Below, piece by piece: positions 27,060-40,717 of a stretch of 64,000 nt of DNA. The stretch comes from Narcine bancroftii. Its lineage: Eukaryota. Location: the NCBI RefSeq assembly GCF_036971445.1, contig NC_091477.1:17422001-17486000 (forward strand), in the 5' to 3' direction. The stretch's first letter is position 1; the number at the start of each line of letters is the position of its first letter. A model generated the notes under the pieces. The model did not search any database, was not told the DNA's origin, and saw nothing but the letters and a program-made list of their open reading frames with translations. The position numbers and the translations under genes were made by a program.

Positions 27060-27900
27060 GTATCAAGTTCAGAGGGTTCACAGAGAAATGAGTCTGGACA
27101 CAAGTTTTACAATTAAAGGTCACTTTATTGAACACACAGGGAGGATGTCAAACAATACTTAATTACTCTACCGAAACAAATTCATTCACATTGAACCTAG
27201 GTTGTTATCCGCCTATCTTCTACACGCTCACTCACGTGCACACACTTACAGACAGGGACTTCAGCAGACACTCCCAATCCCTGTACCTCGGGGTGCTGCT
27301 CAGTGTTACGGTTGCTAACACACACCCAGTTCCCTGTACTAATGGGGGCGTGGCTCTCTGCAAGCACTGATTTATCGTAGTCTTATGGATCAGCTTAAGG
27401 GTTGTGCACATCTTACCTGCGACTCCTCCAGCAATGTTCACAATAGTGACCTGGCATGGACCAATCTCCAGGGCATGGACCAATCTCCAGGGCATGGACC
27501 AATCTCCAGGGCATGGACCAATCTCCAGGGCATGGACCAATCTCCAGGGCATGGACCAATCTCCAGGGCATGGACCAATCTCCACGGCATGGACCAATCT
27601 CCAGGGCATGGACCAAGAGGATGAGTGAAAGAAATGTGCTATTCATCGATGTTTTATACAGTTCGGAGCTGGGCATCAGCCAATGATGACCTAGGTAATT
27701 TAAATGAGCCAACGGCAAGGTGTGCACTAATGGGTGGACGGAATCCAACCTTGATTGCCAGATGATGGAGCTTCCGAATAAGTTTCAGACAGGGAGGACA
27801 TGTAACTCTCCGCAATCCACAATGATCCAGACAGAAGCCTCCACAATCCACACATAACACCTTTATATAAGACGGCTGCAAATTCGGCACTTACCACTGA
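27060..27900 (-). mobile_element. Possible LTR-like element containing a minisatellite
   Basis: GC/CpG-richer block with minus-strand TATATAAAG (about 27865) and AATAAA (about 27125); termini and TSD not resolved. Confidence 0.35.
27453..27616. repeat. 19-bp minisatellite x8.6
   Basis: Unit GGCATGGACCAATCTCCAG with one variant copy (CAC). Confidence 0.97.
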
Positions 27901-28729
27901 CCAGTGTAAGCGATTAAAAGCAAATCACAATATTTTAATAATAAATTACCATGTAAAGGTATCAATTTGATTTGGAGTTTCAGAATAAAGCACTGTCAGC
28001 TCCTGTAACAGGCCATTTAAAGGATGTACTGAGCTGATCATAGTCAGACCGGGAAAATTGACCCCATGGAGGAGTGCTGAGACAACACAAATAACTAACA
28101 AGGCATCGGAGCTAACGGGAAGATGGCAGTAGATGCTGTCAAGAAACAGATATTAGGCCTGCTATATAGGACGTCCCTGATTTTAAGTTTTTAAAAAAAG
28201 TTTCGAGGATCATCCTATATGATGGCATATACGGTCAGCAATATTTTGGGCTGTCACCCTTCATCAGGAATAGCAAGAAAGGAGACTTCCAAATAAAAAT
28301 GGGGGGGGGGGGTGGAGTGGGCAGAAGTAGAAAAACACAAGCTGCCAGGTGATGGGCTTTAATCTTTCATAGCAGCATTAAAAGCAAAGCAAACCACAAC
28401 TTTGAGATTACCTTACTTTTAAAGAGTACAATGATCCTTGATTTTTTGGGGGGGGAGGGGGGCAGCAATTTTTTTTATCATTATGATGTAATTTCACTAA
28501 ACAGGGTTTTCATGTGCACTGTTTCTTACACAAGTGTTGCTTTGCTCCCAGGAAGTTTCTTATTAATGTACCCACAATTTTTTGTCCTTCACATTAAAAA
28601 AAAATCTGTTTGAAATTAAAGCAAGGGTAGCTTGAAATTCTGATTTTTTTTTTAAGATGGGTGCTTGCAACTCTTGATTTACTCCTTGTGCTGTGATTGG
28701 CACCTTCTTTTTAATTTTCCAGAATCTAG

Positions 28730-28883
28730 ATGTCTTCCGGGGATAAAGAAGATCAGGAAGATGAGCTTCTGGCCCTAGCCAGTATTTATGGCGAGGATGA
28801 ATTTAAACGTGCAGAATCATCTCAGGGTGGAGAAATAAATGTTTGTTTGGAATTGCCACCAAACTTCAAAATATTTGTTTATG
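28730..28883 (+). CDS. RNF14: E3 ubiquitin ligase RNF14 (ARA54), coding exon 1 (RWD start)
   Basis: 154 nt; MSSGDKEDQEDELLALASIYGEDEFKRAESSQGGEINVCLELPPNFKIFVY; acceptor at 28722, donor GTAAGT. Confidence 0.95.
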
Positions 28884-29407
28884 GTAAGTTGAATAATAGA
28901 TTAAAAATTCACAGGAAGCACATGTAGAGGGAGCGCAGCAAATGCTCAACAGCATTATTTCTGAGGGAAAAATTAAGCCGACAAGGGCTTTTACTCTATT
29001 GAAATTAGAAGAATGAAAGGTGATCACATTGACAAGATACTTACGGAATTTCACAGAGATGATATGTCTTCTGGCTGCACCGGCTAGGAAGCAGACATTC
29101 AAAACAGATGAGAGTAATTTCATCACCCAAAGGGTGATGAATCTTTCAAATTTACTACCCAAGAGGCCAATAGAGGCTCAATTGAGGAATATAGTCGCAA
29201 CTGATAAATAGAATTTTAGATGTCAAGGGAGTCAAGGAATATATGGTTAGCATAGGAAAATGAGGTAAAAGATCAGCTACAATCTAATTTAATTGCGGGA
29301 GGGACAGGAAAAACAATAAAACAGTCTTTTTTGATTTCTACCAATCTTATAAGATGGATTATCAATATTACAACCAGCAGTCACTACTAACTTTTTTTCA
29401 TAACCAG

Positions 29408-29556
29408 GTGATGAAAAGTGGAATAAAAAGGATTTGATTGAATATGTCGTTTCCTTTTTGCCTCCTCTTGTGTTGAACTTCGAAGTTCCACCAGATTATC
29501 CATCATGTTCACCTCCTAAGTATACTTTGAGCTGCAAATGGCTTTTCCGATCTCAG
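29408..29556 (+). CDS. RNF14: RNF14 coding exon 2 (RWD, YPxxxP motif)
   Basis: 149 nt; ..EYVVSFLPPLVLNFEVPPDYPSCSPPKYTLSCKWLFRSQ; AG and GTTTGT. Confidence 0.93.
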
Positions 29557-30728
29557 GTTTGTGCCTCAATTTTATTTTCTCAGATGTATTTTATATTTAA
29601 GACATATTTTATGAAATACACAGTTACAAGATCAACTCTTGAAAATAACTCAAAAAATGTATTTTTTTACTTTTGTTGGGTTCTAGTAGAGTCGTGCATC
29701 ATAGAAGCAGGACCATCGTCTTATCATTAATTATCTCATTTACCAGCACCTAGTTCATTGCCTACTCTGGTTTGACAATTCAAGTTCTTTTTAATTGTTG
29801 TAAGACTACTTGCCTCCATCACCTTTTCAGGCTGCACCTTACAGTGATATCAAAATTATATTTTCAATACTGTTATAATTTAGTTAGGTTAAACCTTGAA
29901 TTTATGGAACCACTAAAATGAGTTAATGTTTTTTTCTAATTAAGTCCCAGTATATGAGTATTATAAATCCTAATATGGAAGGTTATGTAATATAACTTTA
30001 TTCTCTTTAGTAAAGAGGTTATGATTAGAGATTCCAAAACATACACTCTTTACTAAAGCTAAGTTACATTATTCTGCTATTTGGAGTGAAAGGTACAAGT
30101 TGCCAGTTCTTTTAAATGAAAGGAATGTTGAACTTTTCATTTTTTTCTTCAATTCTTCATGTATAAATAACTTGTAAATAATCAGATTGGCTTACACACT
30201 GATGTTTACATTAAGCACATTCACGTTAAGCTAAAAAACAAAATATAAGAGACTTAGTCGATTAGGCAAGGTCTGTGTAGACAAGTGAATATATTTTCTA
30301 TAATTAAGTTTCTTTATAATTTTTACGGGAACTTCATCATAACCCATAATATACTCACATTATGTGTTCCATCAGGAATGAGTTTTAAACTGTAGAAGAG
30401 GATTGATGTTTCCCTGTGGATATAAACATAACATTATGCAGACCAAGATAGTTCAAGTTTCGCATCCCAGTATTGACTGATTTAAAAAAAAAATCTTAAA
30501 TGTTATGTTAAACTGATGCAATTGTTACTTTAATAGAGATAGAACAGCATTAGTTTATGTTCCTGATTTGTGTTCATTTGCTTCTGTCAGTCAAGGTAGT
30601 TGTGGAATTGTGTTCATGTATAATAAATGGCTTGGAGGTTTTTTTGCTTTCCATTAGTGGCAGGTAGGAAATATTCATCTGAATTATTTTATCCATTTTG
30701 ACCCAATTACAAATCAATACATCTGGAG

Positions 30729-30795
30729 TGTTACGAGCCCAGAGGACCCAAAAACCCAGCAGCAATAGATATGCACCTCTATATACTCTGTCACT
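30729..30795. mobile_element. 67-bp internally deleted copy of the solo-LTR family, 4-bp TSD GGAG
   Basis: Starts TGTTACGAGCCCAGAGGACCC.. like 56577; ends TATACTCTGTCACT like 57535; GGAG at 30725-30728 and 30796-30799. Confidence 0.75.
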
Positions 30796-32344
30796 GGAGG
30801 AGAAAAAATGTGGATGTAAGGAGAAAACTAAATTGTAATGTTAAATTGGAGTGATTAACAAATTTATTGGAAAATGATCAGCCACGTAAATCACAAGTTC
30901 CTGTTGAATGAAATACAAATCCACTGTTAGTTGTAATAAAGACATTTGGGCAGGAATAGTTTCAGAAGGACGAGAGCCAAATGCAGGCATCTGGGACTAG
31001 CTTGGATAGGTAATTTGGTCAGCATTAACAAACTGAGCTAATGGGCCTGTTGCAGTGCAATGTAACTGACTCTAAAGAGCTCAGATGTCAATAAACATTA
31101 ATTTTATGCATTTTTGAATTGGAGTGTCATCTTCCATTATCAAAGAGATCCCAAGGTCCTATTTTTTATTGAAATATGGAACACATTATGGGTAGAAATA
31201 TTTAGCTTTCCAGTTATAATAGAATGTATGGTTCTTTGTCCTAGATCTTTGGAAAACCAATTTGGATTATATCTTTGGAGCTTAATTATTTTTGCATAAA
31301 TATTCATTGGTTTTTGAAGTTCCATGGAATCTTATTTCGTCATTCTTTCAATATTGTGGTCAAGAATCCACCAATCCCTCTTGTATGAAAATATTTTTCT
31401 TTTGTTATTTCAATTATTTTAGACATAAACTCTATAAATAGTTAACCTGTCTCAAGAAACAGATCTTCCTGCTTGTTCTATTAAAGTTCCTTTCATTTTA
31501 AAAAATATTAGATTTTCTCATAATCTACTGTAAGAAGAATAACCCCAACTTCTCTAATCTCTTGTAAAATTAATGCCTTTTATCCCTGTTATTCCTCTTC
31601 TATCTACTCAACATTATTCCTAATGTGTATTACCCAGAATTTTATACAAATCCATCTGAGAACTAACCTCTGATCAAGATTTTGCATGACTTCTTTATTT
31701 TTGAAAAATTGCTTGCCAGCAAAGTCATGTGCCTGTATGGTTTATCAACTTTTCCATAACAACATATTTAAGATGAAAGTTGTTGTATACAGAATTTTTA
31801 AGGCTGTGAAATATAATGCAGGATTGTCAGAAAACAAAATATTTAACGTGACGAAGTTGGGTTATTAGTTGAAAAGGAAATACTGGATATGGGGACATTA
31901 TTGACAAGGCTGGGACTTGGGCACAAATCACCAGGCCAAACAGCCATTTTCTGTTGTAGTTTCCAGGTAATCTGAAGAATCCTTAGATAGCCTTGCATAT
32001 CTCAGAGGTAAACAAGGAGTTTGCGGATGCTGGGGTCTAGGGCAGTATGTACTAGACTCTGCAAGTCACACAGCATCCATGGAAAGCATTAGACATTCGA
32101 TGTTCGGAGGAAATGTCAACTGCCTGTTGCATTCCACAGATGCTGCGTGATCTGTTGACTTCCTCCAGCATTTTGTGTATTGCACATCGCAGAATATTGT
32201 TATGGATTAATTTAAGCGCGTCCATTCCCCTTGTTGTATTTTGCAATAAACATGGGTTCAAACTTTGTGCCTCATTGTAATTCTGATAGTTCTGTACTTT
32301 ATCCCAAGTGTTATTCAATAACTTGATCACTTGTCTCCCAACAG

Positions 32345-32851
32345 CTCTCTGCACTTTGTACTTATCTGGATAAAATTTGGAAAGATAGTGGCAATTGTGT
32401 AGTGCTATTTTCATGGATGCAGTTCTTAAAAGAAGAGACTCTCTCCTTTTTACAAATTGAATCACCATTAGAAATGCAAAGAAACTTTAAGGGAACATCT
32501 GACTGCATGTTCTCTCGTGATAAGAAAAAAGAATTTGGATCGCTGAATAAGACAGAGTCTCCCCCTGACCCTAGAGCTATCCAGGATGTGACATCATGGG
32601 CGAGTCTTTTACGTGAAATCTTGGATTTTGATCAGATGCGACAACAACAAGCCTTCAATAACAAGCTGTTCACCTGCAGCGTATGCTTTTCTGAAAAGTT
32701 GGGGACTGACTGCACATACTTCAAAGAGTGTAAACATGTGTACTGTAAAATATGTTTAAAAGAATATTTTGAGATTCAGATACGCGATGGGAATGTTCAG
32801 TGCCTTAACTGTCCGGAACCAAACTGTACTTCTGTTGCTACACCAGCTCAA
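32345..32851 (+). CDS. RNF14: RNF14 coding exon 3 (end of RWD, RING1)
   Basis: 507 nt; LSALCTYLDKIW..VVLFSWMQFLKEE..CSVCFSEKLGTDCTYFKECKHVYCKICLKEYFEIQIRDGNVQCLNCPEPNC..ATPAQ; AG and GTAAGA. Confidence 0.95.
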
Positions 32852-33687
32852 GTAAGATCTTTTGAACATTATCCTTACGTTTTATTTTAATATTTATATT
32901 GAATGTTGACAGCAGTAGAAGTCATCTGGTTGTCAATACCTTAACTTAAAGAAATGATCATAAGCGTGGCAAGAACTGAATAATCTTGACCATTATGAAA
33001 TTCATAATGTGCATAGCTACCTATCACGTGCAGACCCTCTAATTGTTCGTCAGACATCGCACTTTTTCTATAGCATCTCTGGTTATCATTAGTCTGTGTG
33101 TAACACTTGCATTTGATAAAGTTTTAAATTCAAATTTTAGACATACTTTCTCTTAAAAGTATGAGAGCAACATTCTTGTGCTAGGGACAAGAATCTACCA
33201 GTTGTGAGTGGTAGGCAGAGACCTGTTGTGAGCTTTCTTCCACTTTATTTTTCTGGATTTCATTATAAATAAAAACAAATTTATTATCGGATAAATTATA
33301 TTATGGTATAGGTGTGAGTCTTGTGGCACCTATACCATTTTGCTGATGGTATCAGTGAGAACAGAGTGTGTGCTGAGAACAGTTCAATCGGTTCTGAAGC
33401 TGGGCTCTTACTGGAAATGTCCTCTCCACATCCATTCTATCCAAGCCATACAATATTTGGTAGGTTTCAATGAGATCCCTCCACATCCATCAAAACTTCA
33501 GCGAGTATGAAGAGTTCTCAAATGATCCTTGTATATTAGCATTCTCATCCCTGGGATGATTCTTGTAAATCTCTTCTAGACCCTCTCCTTTCTGGACCCT
33601 TTAGATATGAAACCAAAAACTGCTCACAATACTTCAATGCAGTCTGACCAATGTCTTTTAAAGCCTAAGGTTTTAATATCTTTATAG

Positions 33688-33916
33688 GTCAAAGAGCTCG
33701 TGAAGGAAGAGATGTTTGCACGATATGATCGCCTTCTCCTTCAGTCTACGTTAGATCTCATGGCAGATGTGGTGTATTGCCCTCGTAGCATTTGCAGGTC
33801 AGTGGTATTGCTTGAACCAGGGAACACCATGGGCGTTTGTCCAGGATGTCGTCATGCCTTTTGTGCAATATGTGAAATGGCTTATCATGGAATTTCTCCT
33901 TGTAAGTTGAAAGCAG
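33688..33916 (+). CDS. RNF14: RNF14 coding exon 4 (IBR)
   Basis: 229 nt; VKELVKEEMFARYDRLLLQSTLDLMADVVYCPRSIC..CPGCRHAFCAICEMAYHGISPC; AG and GTAAGA. Confidence 0.95.
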
Positions 33917-36388
33917 GTAAGAGAATATGTTCTCACTTGTCTTTTTAAAAATAATAGTTCAATTATGCATGTAATGCAATGTTAAATTAAAATGTGTAAA
34001 CACAAAATGATTTTTGAAATGTTTTCATGGGAAGATGTTCATATTTATTGTCACATTATATCTTGTACAGTGAGGAGAGTTCTTTTTAACAAGCAAATAG
34101 ATCATCTCAAATAAGCATAGAGCAGTGCAAATAGAAGAGCAAGAGCATATTAGTGTCCAATGTTGTTGTGAAAAGATCAATTAGCCTATCGCAAGGGTAT
34201 CATGGGAGACTGTAGTGAGATTCATTCAGGAGACTGATGACTGTGAGGAAGAAACTATGAACCTGTTGGTGTGTGGCTTCTCATCCCTGAACCTTTTCCC
34301 TGAGGGGAGGAGGGAAAAGAGATGAGTGGGGAGAATGGACTGTTGGCTGCCTTTTCAAAGTAATGAGAGCTGTAGATGGATTTGATGGAAGGTTTGTGTG
34401 ATTCTGAGCTGAGTTCTACACCTTCTGCAGCTTCTTACAATCTTGGGCAGAGTAGTTCATGTATCAAGCTGTGATGCATCCAGCCAGGATGTTGTGTTTA
34501 TTCTGAAGTATATACTAGTTAATGTCAGTCAGAGAGCAGGAGTGATCTCTGGTGTGCATTCATGTAGGCCTTTTTTTTTTGTTTCTATTGTCTGCAGTCA
34601 GAAGAATAGAAAGTTCAGAAGCTCAAGTTAGTTACATGGGTCCAGAGATTGTAGGTTTTAATATGTGACTAAAAAAGGTAAAACCTAAAATTAAAAGAGC
34701 TCTAAAAGTTTAAGAGAATAGAAAGGTTTACATAAAACCTTCCAATTAGCAATTTTTATAACTATTGCATGAGGGATTTCTGTCATGGGTATGAATAATG
34801 AAATTTATATTAGGTAAATAGTTGACTTGAATTTCATTTTTTAGGGGTAAGTAATGTTCTCAAGGCTTGAATGTGGTCACTGAAAAGTTGAGAAAACAAA
34901 AGTGGTATTGCTTTTTAGAGTTTTTAGTATTCATGTGATAATCTATGAACTTTTAAACATATATTGTACAAGTATTTTAGATAACCAGCTATAAAGAAAG
35001 GTAGAGCAAGAATGAGTTTGATGTGGGAAGCTCTTATTCAAAGCTTTCATGGAGCATCATATTGGGTGTGAACATTGAACAAAGATCTGCAACCTCTCCA
35101 TTTATCTCATGAAGTACAATGCATAGATAGCAAATTTGTTGCCATGTGTTCCTTCAACACTATTATTTATGCTTCAGAAGCTGTGCTTTCGTACATTATG
35201 AAGATCTTAAAGATCCTTTGTTAGAGTTGCGTTTCTTTCTCGTTACAAGGGCCAGATTTATCACAAAAGTTTCATAACACTGGAAGAAATGAACATTTCC
35301 ATTCGTAAATAAACTTACCTAAGAGTATTGATAGTTATATCCATTTGAGAGCAGTTAGTAATTAGTTCACAAACTATGCTCAGAATTCCCCAATTTTCTA
35401 AAACTTAAAAATTTTTTTTTGGTCTGAAATCAATTACATCATAACTATTTTCCATGATTATTCATTTGGGTACTCTTTAAGAATCTTAGTTTTTAATAGT
35501 TTTAGAAGATATTCCTGGATCTATTTCGGAGTTGTAACCTGGTGTTTTAACACTTAAAATGAAATTATTCTTTTTTTTCAGGAAGAGTATCTAAATTACA
35601 ACTGAGTTACCCAATTCATGACTGAGTAATCAGTTTTAAACTCTACTGAAAACAACATTTGGGAGATGCACCTCAAGTTTCAGATCCATCAGTTGCTCTT
35701 GAATTTCCTCTGGTTTGGTAATTTTGAGAAAATGGCAACTAAGTAGAAGCTGTATTTTTCCCCCCCCTTAGATTTGCAGTGTATTTAAAGCAGGAAAAGC
35801 CTGAACTTTAGGAGAATGAATCCTATAAACAGGATTACTGAATGCACCATCAGCATCCAACCCCAGGAACATAAAGAATAGATGAGGACAATGTGGAACT
35901 GTTGTTCAGGGAAACACAAGAAGTACAGAAAGTGGAATCTTAAAGCAAACAAAGGAGGGACTTGACAGGTCAGGCACCATCCATGGACAGAAATAACCTC
36001 TTTCCACTTTGGTCTTGAGAAAGTCAAGTTTATTATACAATCCAACAAAACAATGATCTCAAAGCCTCAGTGCAAAACATGCAGACGTAACTTGCATGCA
36101 GATAAAACAGTACGTATGCAGGACAAGTATTTCATTTACACAAATAAATATTGCTTCATGACTATGAGTTTCAGATGGTTAGTGTGAGCAGTTCCTTTGT
36201 TCGTTCAGCATTCTCAATACTGAGGGTATTGGTGCCAACCTAAAATTATGACTATCTATTTCTCTCCATGGACGTGACCTAACCTGCTGAGTCCCTTTTC
36301 TTTGTTTGCCTTTTGAACTATCAAGGTTTTTAAGGAAATAAATGATATTTGTGAGTTCTTTTTCTAACTCTTGGGGTTTTGTTTTCAG

Positions 36389-36561
36389 AAAAACTTTCTC
36401 AGTTGCGAGATGAATACTTAGATTCGGATGAATCTGGGAAAAAACTTCTAGAAAAAACATATGGTCGCCGAGTGATTGAAAAAGCCATGGAAGAGCTATG
36501 CAGCCAGGAATGGCTTGAGAAAAACTCGAAGCCATGTCCTCGCTGTGGTACAAACATTCAG
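36389..36561 (+). CDS. RNF14: RNF14 coding exon 5
   Basis: 173 nt; EKLSQLRDEYL..YGRRVIEKAMEELCSQEWLEKNSKPCPRCGTNIQ; AG and GTTAGT. Confidence 0.95.
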
Positions 36562-37532
36562 GTTAGTTAATCAACCTAAATACACATACAGTACTAGATT
36601 TTCTTGTAACAGACAGTTAGTTATTATTACTAGACTATCACTTTGTAAACTTTTGTTTTTCCTCTGAATTTTAAAAATATCTTTTAAAGATCTTTAAACA
36701 CATCTTAGTCTTTGAAAGAATTAGTTTGTGAGGGATTATGGCAATGGTTTTGAATGATCTTTTTGTTAGAGTGTCATATTTCCATATGGGAATTCATGGG
36801 TTTAATTTTAATTTTCCTTTTCGTGAGTTAATTAGTTTGAGTATGACAATTAAAAATTTTACAAGAATTTTAAGATCTTGTTGATGAAAGAATCATTAAT
36901 GTGAAAAAGGTAGATTTTGTTAACTTTTCTGGAGATACTGCCTGACTTGATGAATGTTTCCAGCATCCTGTTTTTATTTTAGATTTCCAGATTCTGCAGA
37001 TTTTGTATTTATCTTCATAGAAACAGTCTGATTTCAACTTAATAAAAGCTGAGATAAAAGGAACATTACCATTTTAAACGGAACAATTTTTGATCATTGT
37101 CAGGAATTTATTTTAAGACATTTCTCACAGACCCTGAGTACGGTGACATTAAGGTAACCATCAATTAGATGTTCAAAGTAGGTGGGAATATCCCAGGAAC
37201 GTTTAACTTGAAATTGAAATTGGAAACTTGGCGAATGATGAGGCCTGCCTTGGATCATTTAGAACAGTTTATTGGCATCACAGATGTGACAGCACTCAAA
37301 ACTACATCAATGGTTGCAAAAGTTGGGCGACAGTCAGAATACCAACTGAATGCAACTTCCCACAAAGTTTGCATGCAGCCCTGCTTCAATAAACTTAACA
37401 TCATTAGAGATTCATGACAATAGAAATATTTACCTAAAATTGAAATCGATGTCAAAAACCTCTCGTTGTCAATGTAGGATTTTTATTGCATTTGGTATGT
37501 TGCAGTAAAATGTTGATATTGTGCTTTTCCAG

Positions 37533-37663
37533 AAAATTAATGGATGCAATAAGATGACTTGCACTGGTTGTAAGCAGTACTTCTGTTGGCTTTGCACATG
37601 CCCATTATCAAGAGTAGATCCATATGGACATTACAATAACTCCACCTCACCCTGTTTCAATGG
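37533..37663 (+). CDS. RNF14: RNF14 coding exon 6 (RING2, catalytic Cys in GCNKMTC)
   Basis: 131 nt; KINGCNKMTCTGCKQYFCWLCTCPLSRVDPYGHYNNSTSPCFN; AG and GTGAGT. Confidence 0.95.
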
Positions 37664-39041
37664 GTGAGTTTCTTTCTTTCTTAATAATATAGTTCATAAG
37701 GCTTTCAGGTCAATTCTAATAACGTGTAATAACTAGTGGCTGGTTTGTTGGGATGGTGTAGATTTTTATTGATCACAAAATCCTGCCAACTCCGATGTGT
37801 TTTAAAAATGTGTAGAAAAATTGTAAATATTTGGAAACAAGTGATTATAACAGGTTCTGGATATAGTTGTAAGTGATTATAACATGTTCTATATGGCTTT
37901 CCTTTTTTAAATTATTGTTAAATTTTTACACATTTTTTGAAATATAATTATGAATAAACATTTTTTAGCCATTCAAAAAAATCAACAAATCTGTGGCCTT
38001 ACTAAGATTTTTAAAAAGAAAACCTCATTATATGATGAGAGTTTTAATCATATAATGCTGTTGTACTTTGAAATACTTCAAGCATTGATCAAGTAAAATT
38101 TGTGGATATGCTTTAGGAACAGAATTGTATTTAATTCTATGGGGTGGGGCTAGAATGCATTCAGGAAGTCCAGATGTGAGCACAGATAGTGATCTGAAGT
38201 TGGAATGTAATTGAATTGAACTTAAGAATTCAAAGCATGAAACGGGCTTTGATTGCATTGGTGCCTGGAAAGCCATGAAAAAAGGGCATCCAAGGAAAAC
38301 AGCAGAAATTGGTGCTTTCTGTAAATAGACCAACCAGGGTAGTGGCAGAGCTATCATATTGAAAATATCCCATGAAGGATTTCAAGATTCTTTTATTCTC
38401 ATGTAATAAAACATGTAATATTACTTGAAATTGCCTTTAGTCTGCCACAAGGCAGACAAAGACTAGCCATCAGCAGAAATTGGTTAGCACCCCTTAGAGT
38501 CAGAGAATGCAAAGCAAAAGAGTCCTGTCCGTGGATTCACCTCCAGCACTCCTGCAGCCACACAGAACTCAGTCCAAACAATCATCAATCTGAACTCTAA
38601 ACTGAAACCTCTGACACAAGTAGGAAGCCTCCTTTAGCCAGTCTCCAGCAGTCCACAGCCTGGTATGAGTCCTTTGACTCCAGCTTCTGCAACCTACATT
38701 AGTTCCTCACCTCCAGTCACCAACAATCCACCACCTGTATGTTCTTTAGCCACAGAGCCCTCACTGACTTGTCGCATTGATCACTGTCTCCTCTGATAAG
38801 CACAACACAATGTTAAAATGCAGTGAGTTACCACTATTTTTAATGGAGAAGAAGATTCTCTAGCATTTTACATTGAAAGAGAGGGCTCAGAAACATTCAA
38901 CAAGAAGGACAACACTGGTAATACAATAAACCAAGGAAGCCACAATAAGAATAAAAACTTGCAGGATATTTTAATGACTAAATCAAAGTTCCTCACTATT
39001 CAATATAAAACAACCTTTAGTTGTGAAAGCAAGGTGAAAAT

Positions 39042-39383
39042 CTTTGAGCGCACCACTGGCTTTGAGCGCACCACTGGCTTTGAGCGCACCACTGGCTTTG
39101 AGCGCACCACTGGCTTTGAGCGCACCACTGGCTTTGAGCGCACCACTGGCTTTGAGCGCACCACTGGCTTTGAGCGCACCACTGGCTTTGAGCGCACCAC
39201 TGGCTTTGAGCGCACCACTGGCTTTGAGCGCACCACTGGCTTTGAGCGCACCACTGGCTTTGAGCGCACCACTGGCTTTGAGCGCACCACTGGCTTTGAG
39301 CGCACCACTGGCTTTGAGCGCACCACTGGCTTTGAGCGCACCACTGGCTTTGAGCGCACCACTGGCTTTGAGCGCACCACTGG
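39042..39383. repeat. 18-bp minisatellite, 19 perfect copies, in last RNF14 intron
   Basis: Unit CTTTGAGCGCACCACTGG; 342 bp = 19 x 18. Confidence 0.98.
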
Positions 39384-40656
39384 AAGAATAAGCAGTTTTA
39401 ATACTCCTTTCTTTGTGCACTGGAGAGAGATAAACACATTGCAATACACAGCTGCAAACATGTTTATTGTCCAGAAAATCCATTGTCCTGGAATATGAAT
39501 TATTATTATTATTATCATATATGATTATGATATAGAGAACAATAATAATTGGAGATCTGTGAATTAATGACTGGATGGATAAAGACATCTGAAATTGATA
39601 ATTTTCTTCAAGATATCTTTTGAAAATAATTCCGTGCTGGTGTATTTTGATTTAATGTAATTTTCCTGAAACCAGTTGACTCAGAACATTTTCCATGGCC
39701 TATATCATTCATTTCTATGGACAAACACTCCATACAAATTGCTTTGTTTGATAATTTATCTCCTCTGACTTTGTTTCATGATGAAATATTATTAAGCGCT
39801 TCTACCAGGGTATGTTCAGAAAATGGAACCTTCTTGTCCAATAGAAAAATCTGAGTGCACTTTATTTTTAAAAAAAAAATCAATCTTTCATTTTGTATCA
39901 CACCTTTCACAACTTCAGGAATCTGAAAATCCAAGAAAATACATTTTGCATAGTAATTACTTCTGTAAGATAAGAAATACAGCAGACAGTTTGCACAGTG
40001 CAAACCCACAAATATGAATAAGAGCATGATGCCCAATAAATAGATCCAGAAGCAATTTTGTACACATTATATGGATGTATATTGTGTTCCTATTTTCTTT
40101 TTTTTAAAACAGAAAAACAAATATTCACATATACCCTTAGATACACATGCAAACCCACATCTCCTGACCACTTTGGCACCTTCATTAACGGTATCATCAG
40201 TATTACCAATTGTACTGGTACCAACTTCTCATAGGTAATACATACTCCAAAACCACTCGTAATTCAGAGAAATAACGCTTAAAGGGTTTCCATCTATGGA
40301 CAAATTTTCCAGTGGAACCTATTAAAGTGTATTTGATTTTCTCCAATTTAAGGTAACCAATTTTAGTTATGTTTGTTGAATGCTCCCCGTGTCTTCAGAA
40401 TATAGTCTTTAATGAACATCTGAGATCACATAGAGGCCTCTTTCAAAAGAAGTTTCTTCCAACAATTATCTTCACATTGGTACCATATTGGAGTGTTGAT
40501 TTAAATTTTCTGCTAACTCACTGATGTGATATGACACTTGCAACCTTCAGCCCATAGGAGTGAATGTTTCCTACTGAACCACAACTGGTGGCACATGTGT
40601 TTGGTTTCAAGACTGGACATTTTGTTCATGCACCTTTTTTTTAAATTTTTTTATAG

Positions 40657-40717
40657 GCTTTTCCAAGGTATTGACATTGAAGATGAGTTCCAGAGTGATG
40701 AAGATGACATTTTGTAG
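40657..40717 (+). CDS. RNF14: RNF14 final coding exon (stop TAG 40715-40717)
   Basis: 61 nt after a T-rich tract and TATAG acceptor; LFQGIDIEDEFQSDEDDIL*; total CDS 1404 nt, in frame. Confidence 0.9.

Noticed and set aside
27232-27748. Repetitive ORFs over the 19-bp array; CRISPR-like appearance
   Set aside because: Units are contiguous with no spacers, there are no cas genes, and the context is a vertebrate intron.
38959-39588. Four overlapping 115-201 aa ORFs with hexapeptide repeats (FERTTG, ALKASG and others)
   Set aside because: By-products of an 18-bp unit lacking stops in those frames; intronic, with no codon-level variation.
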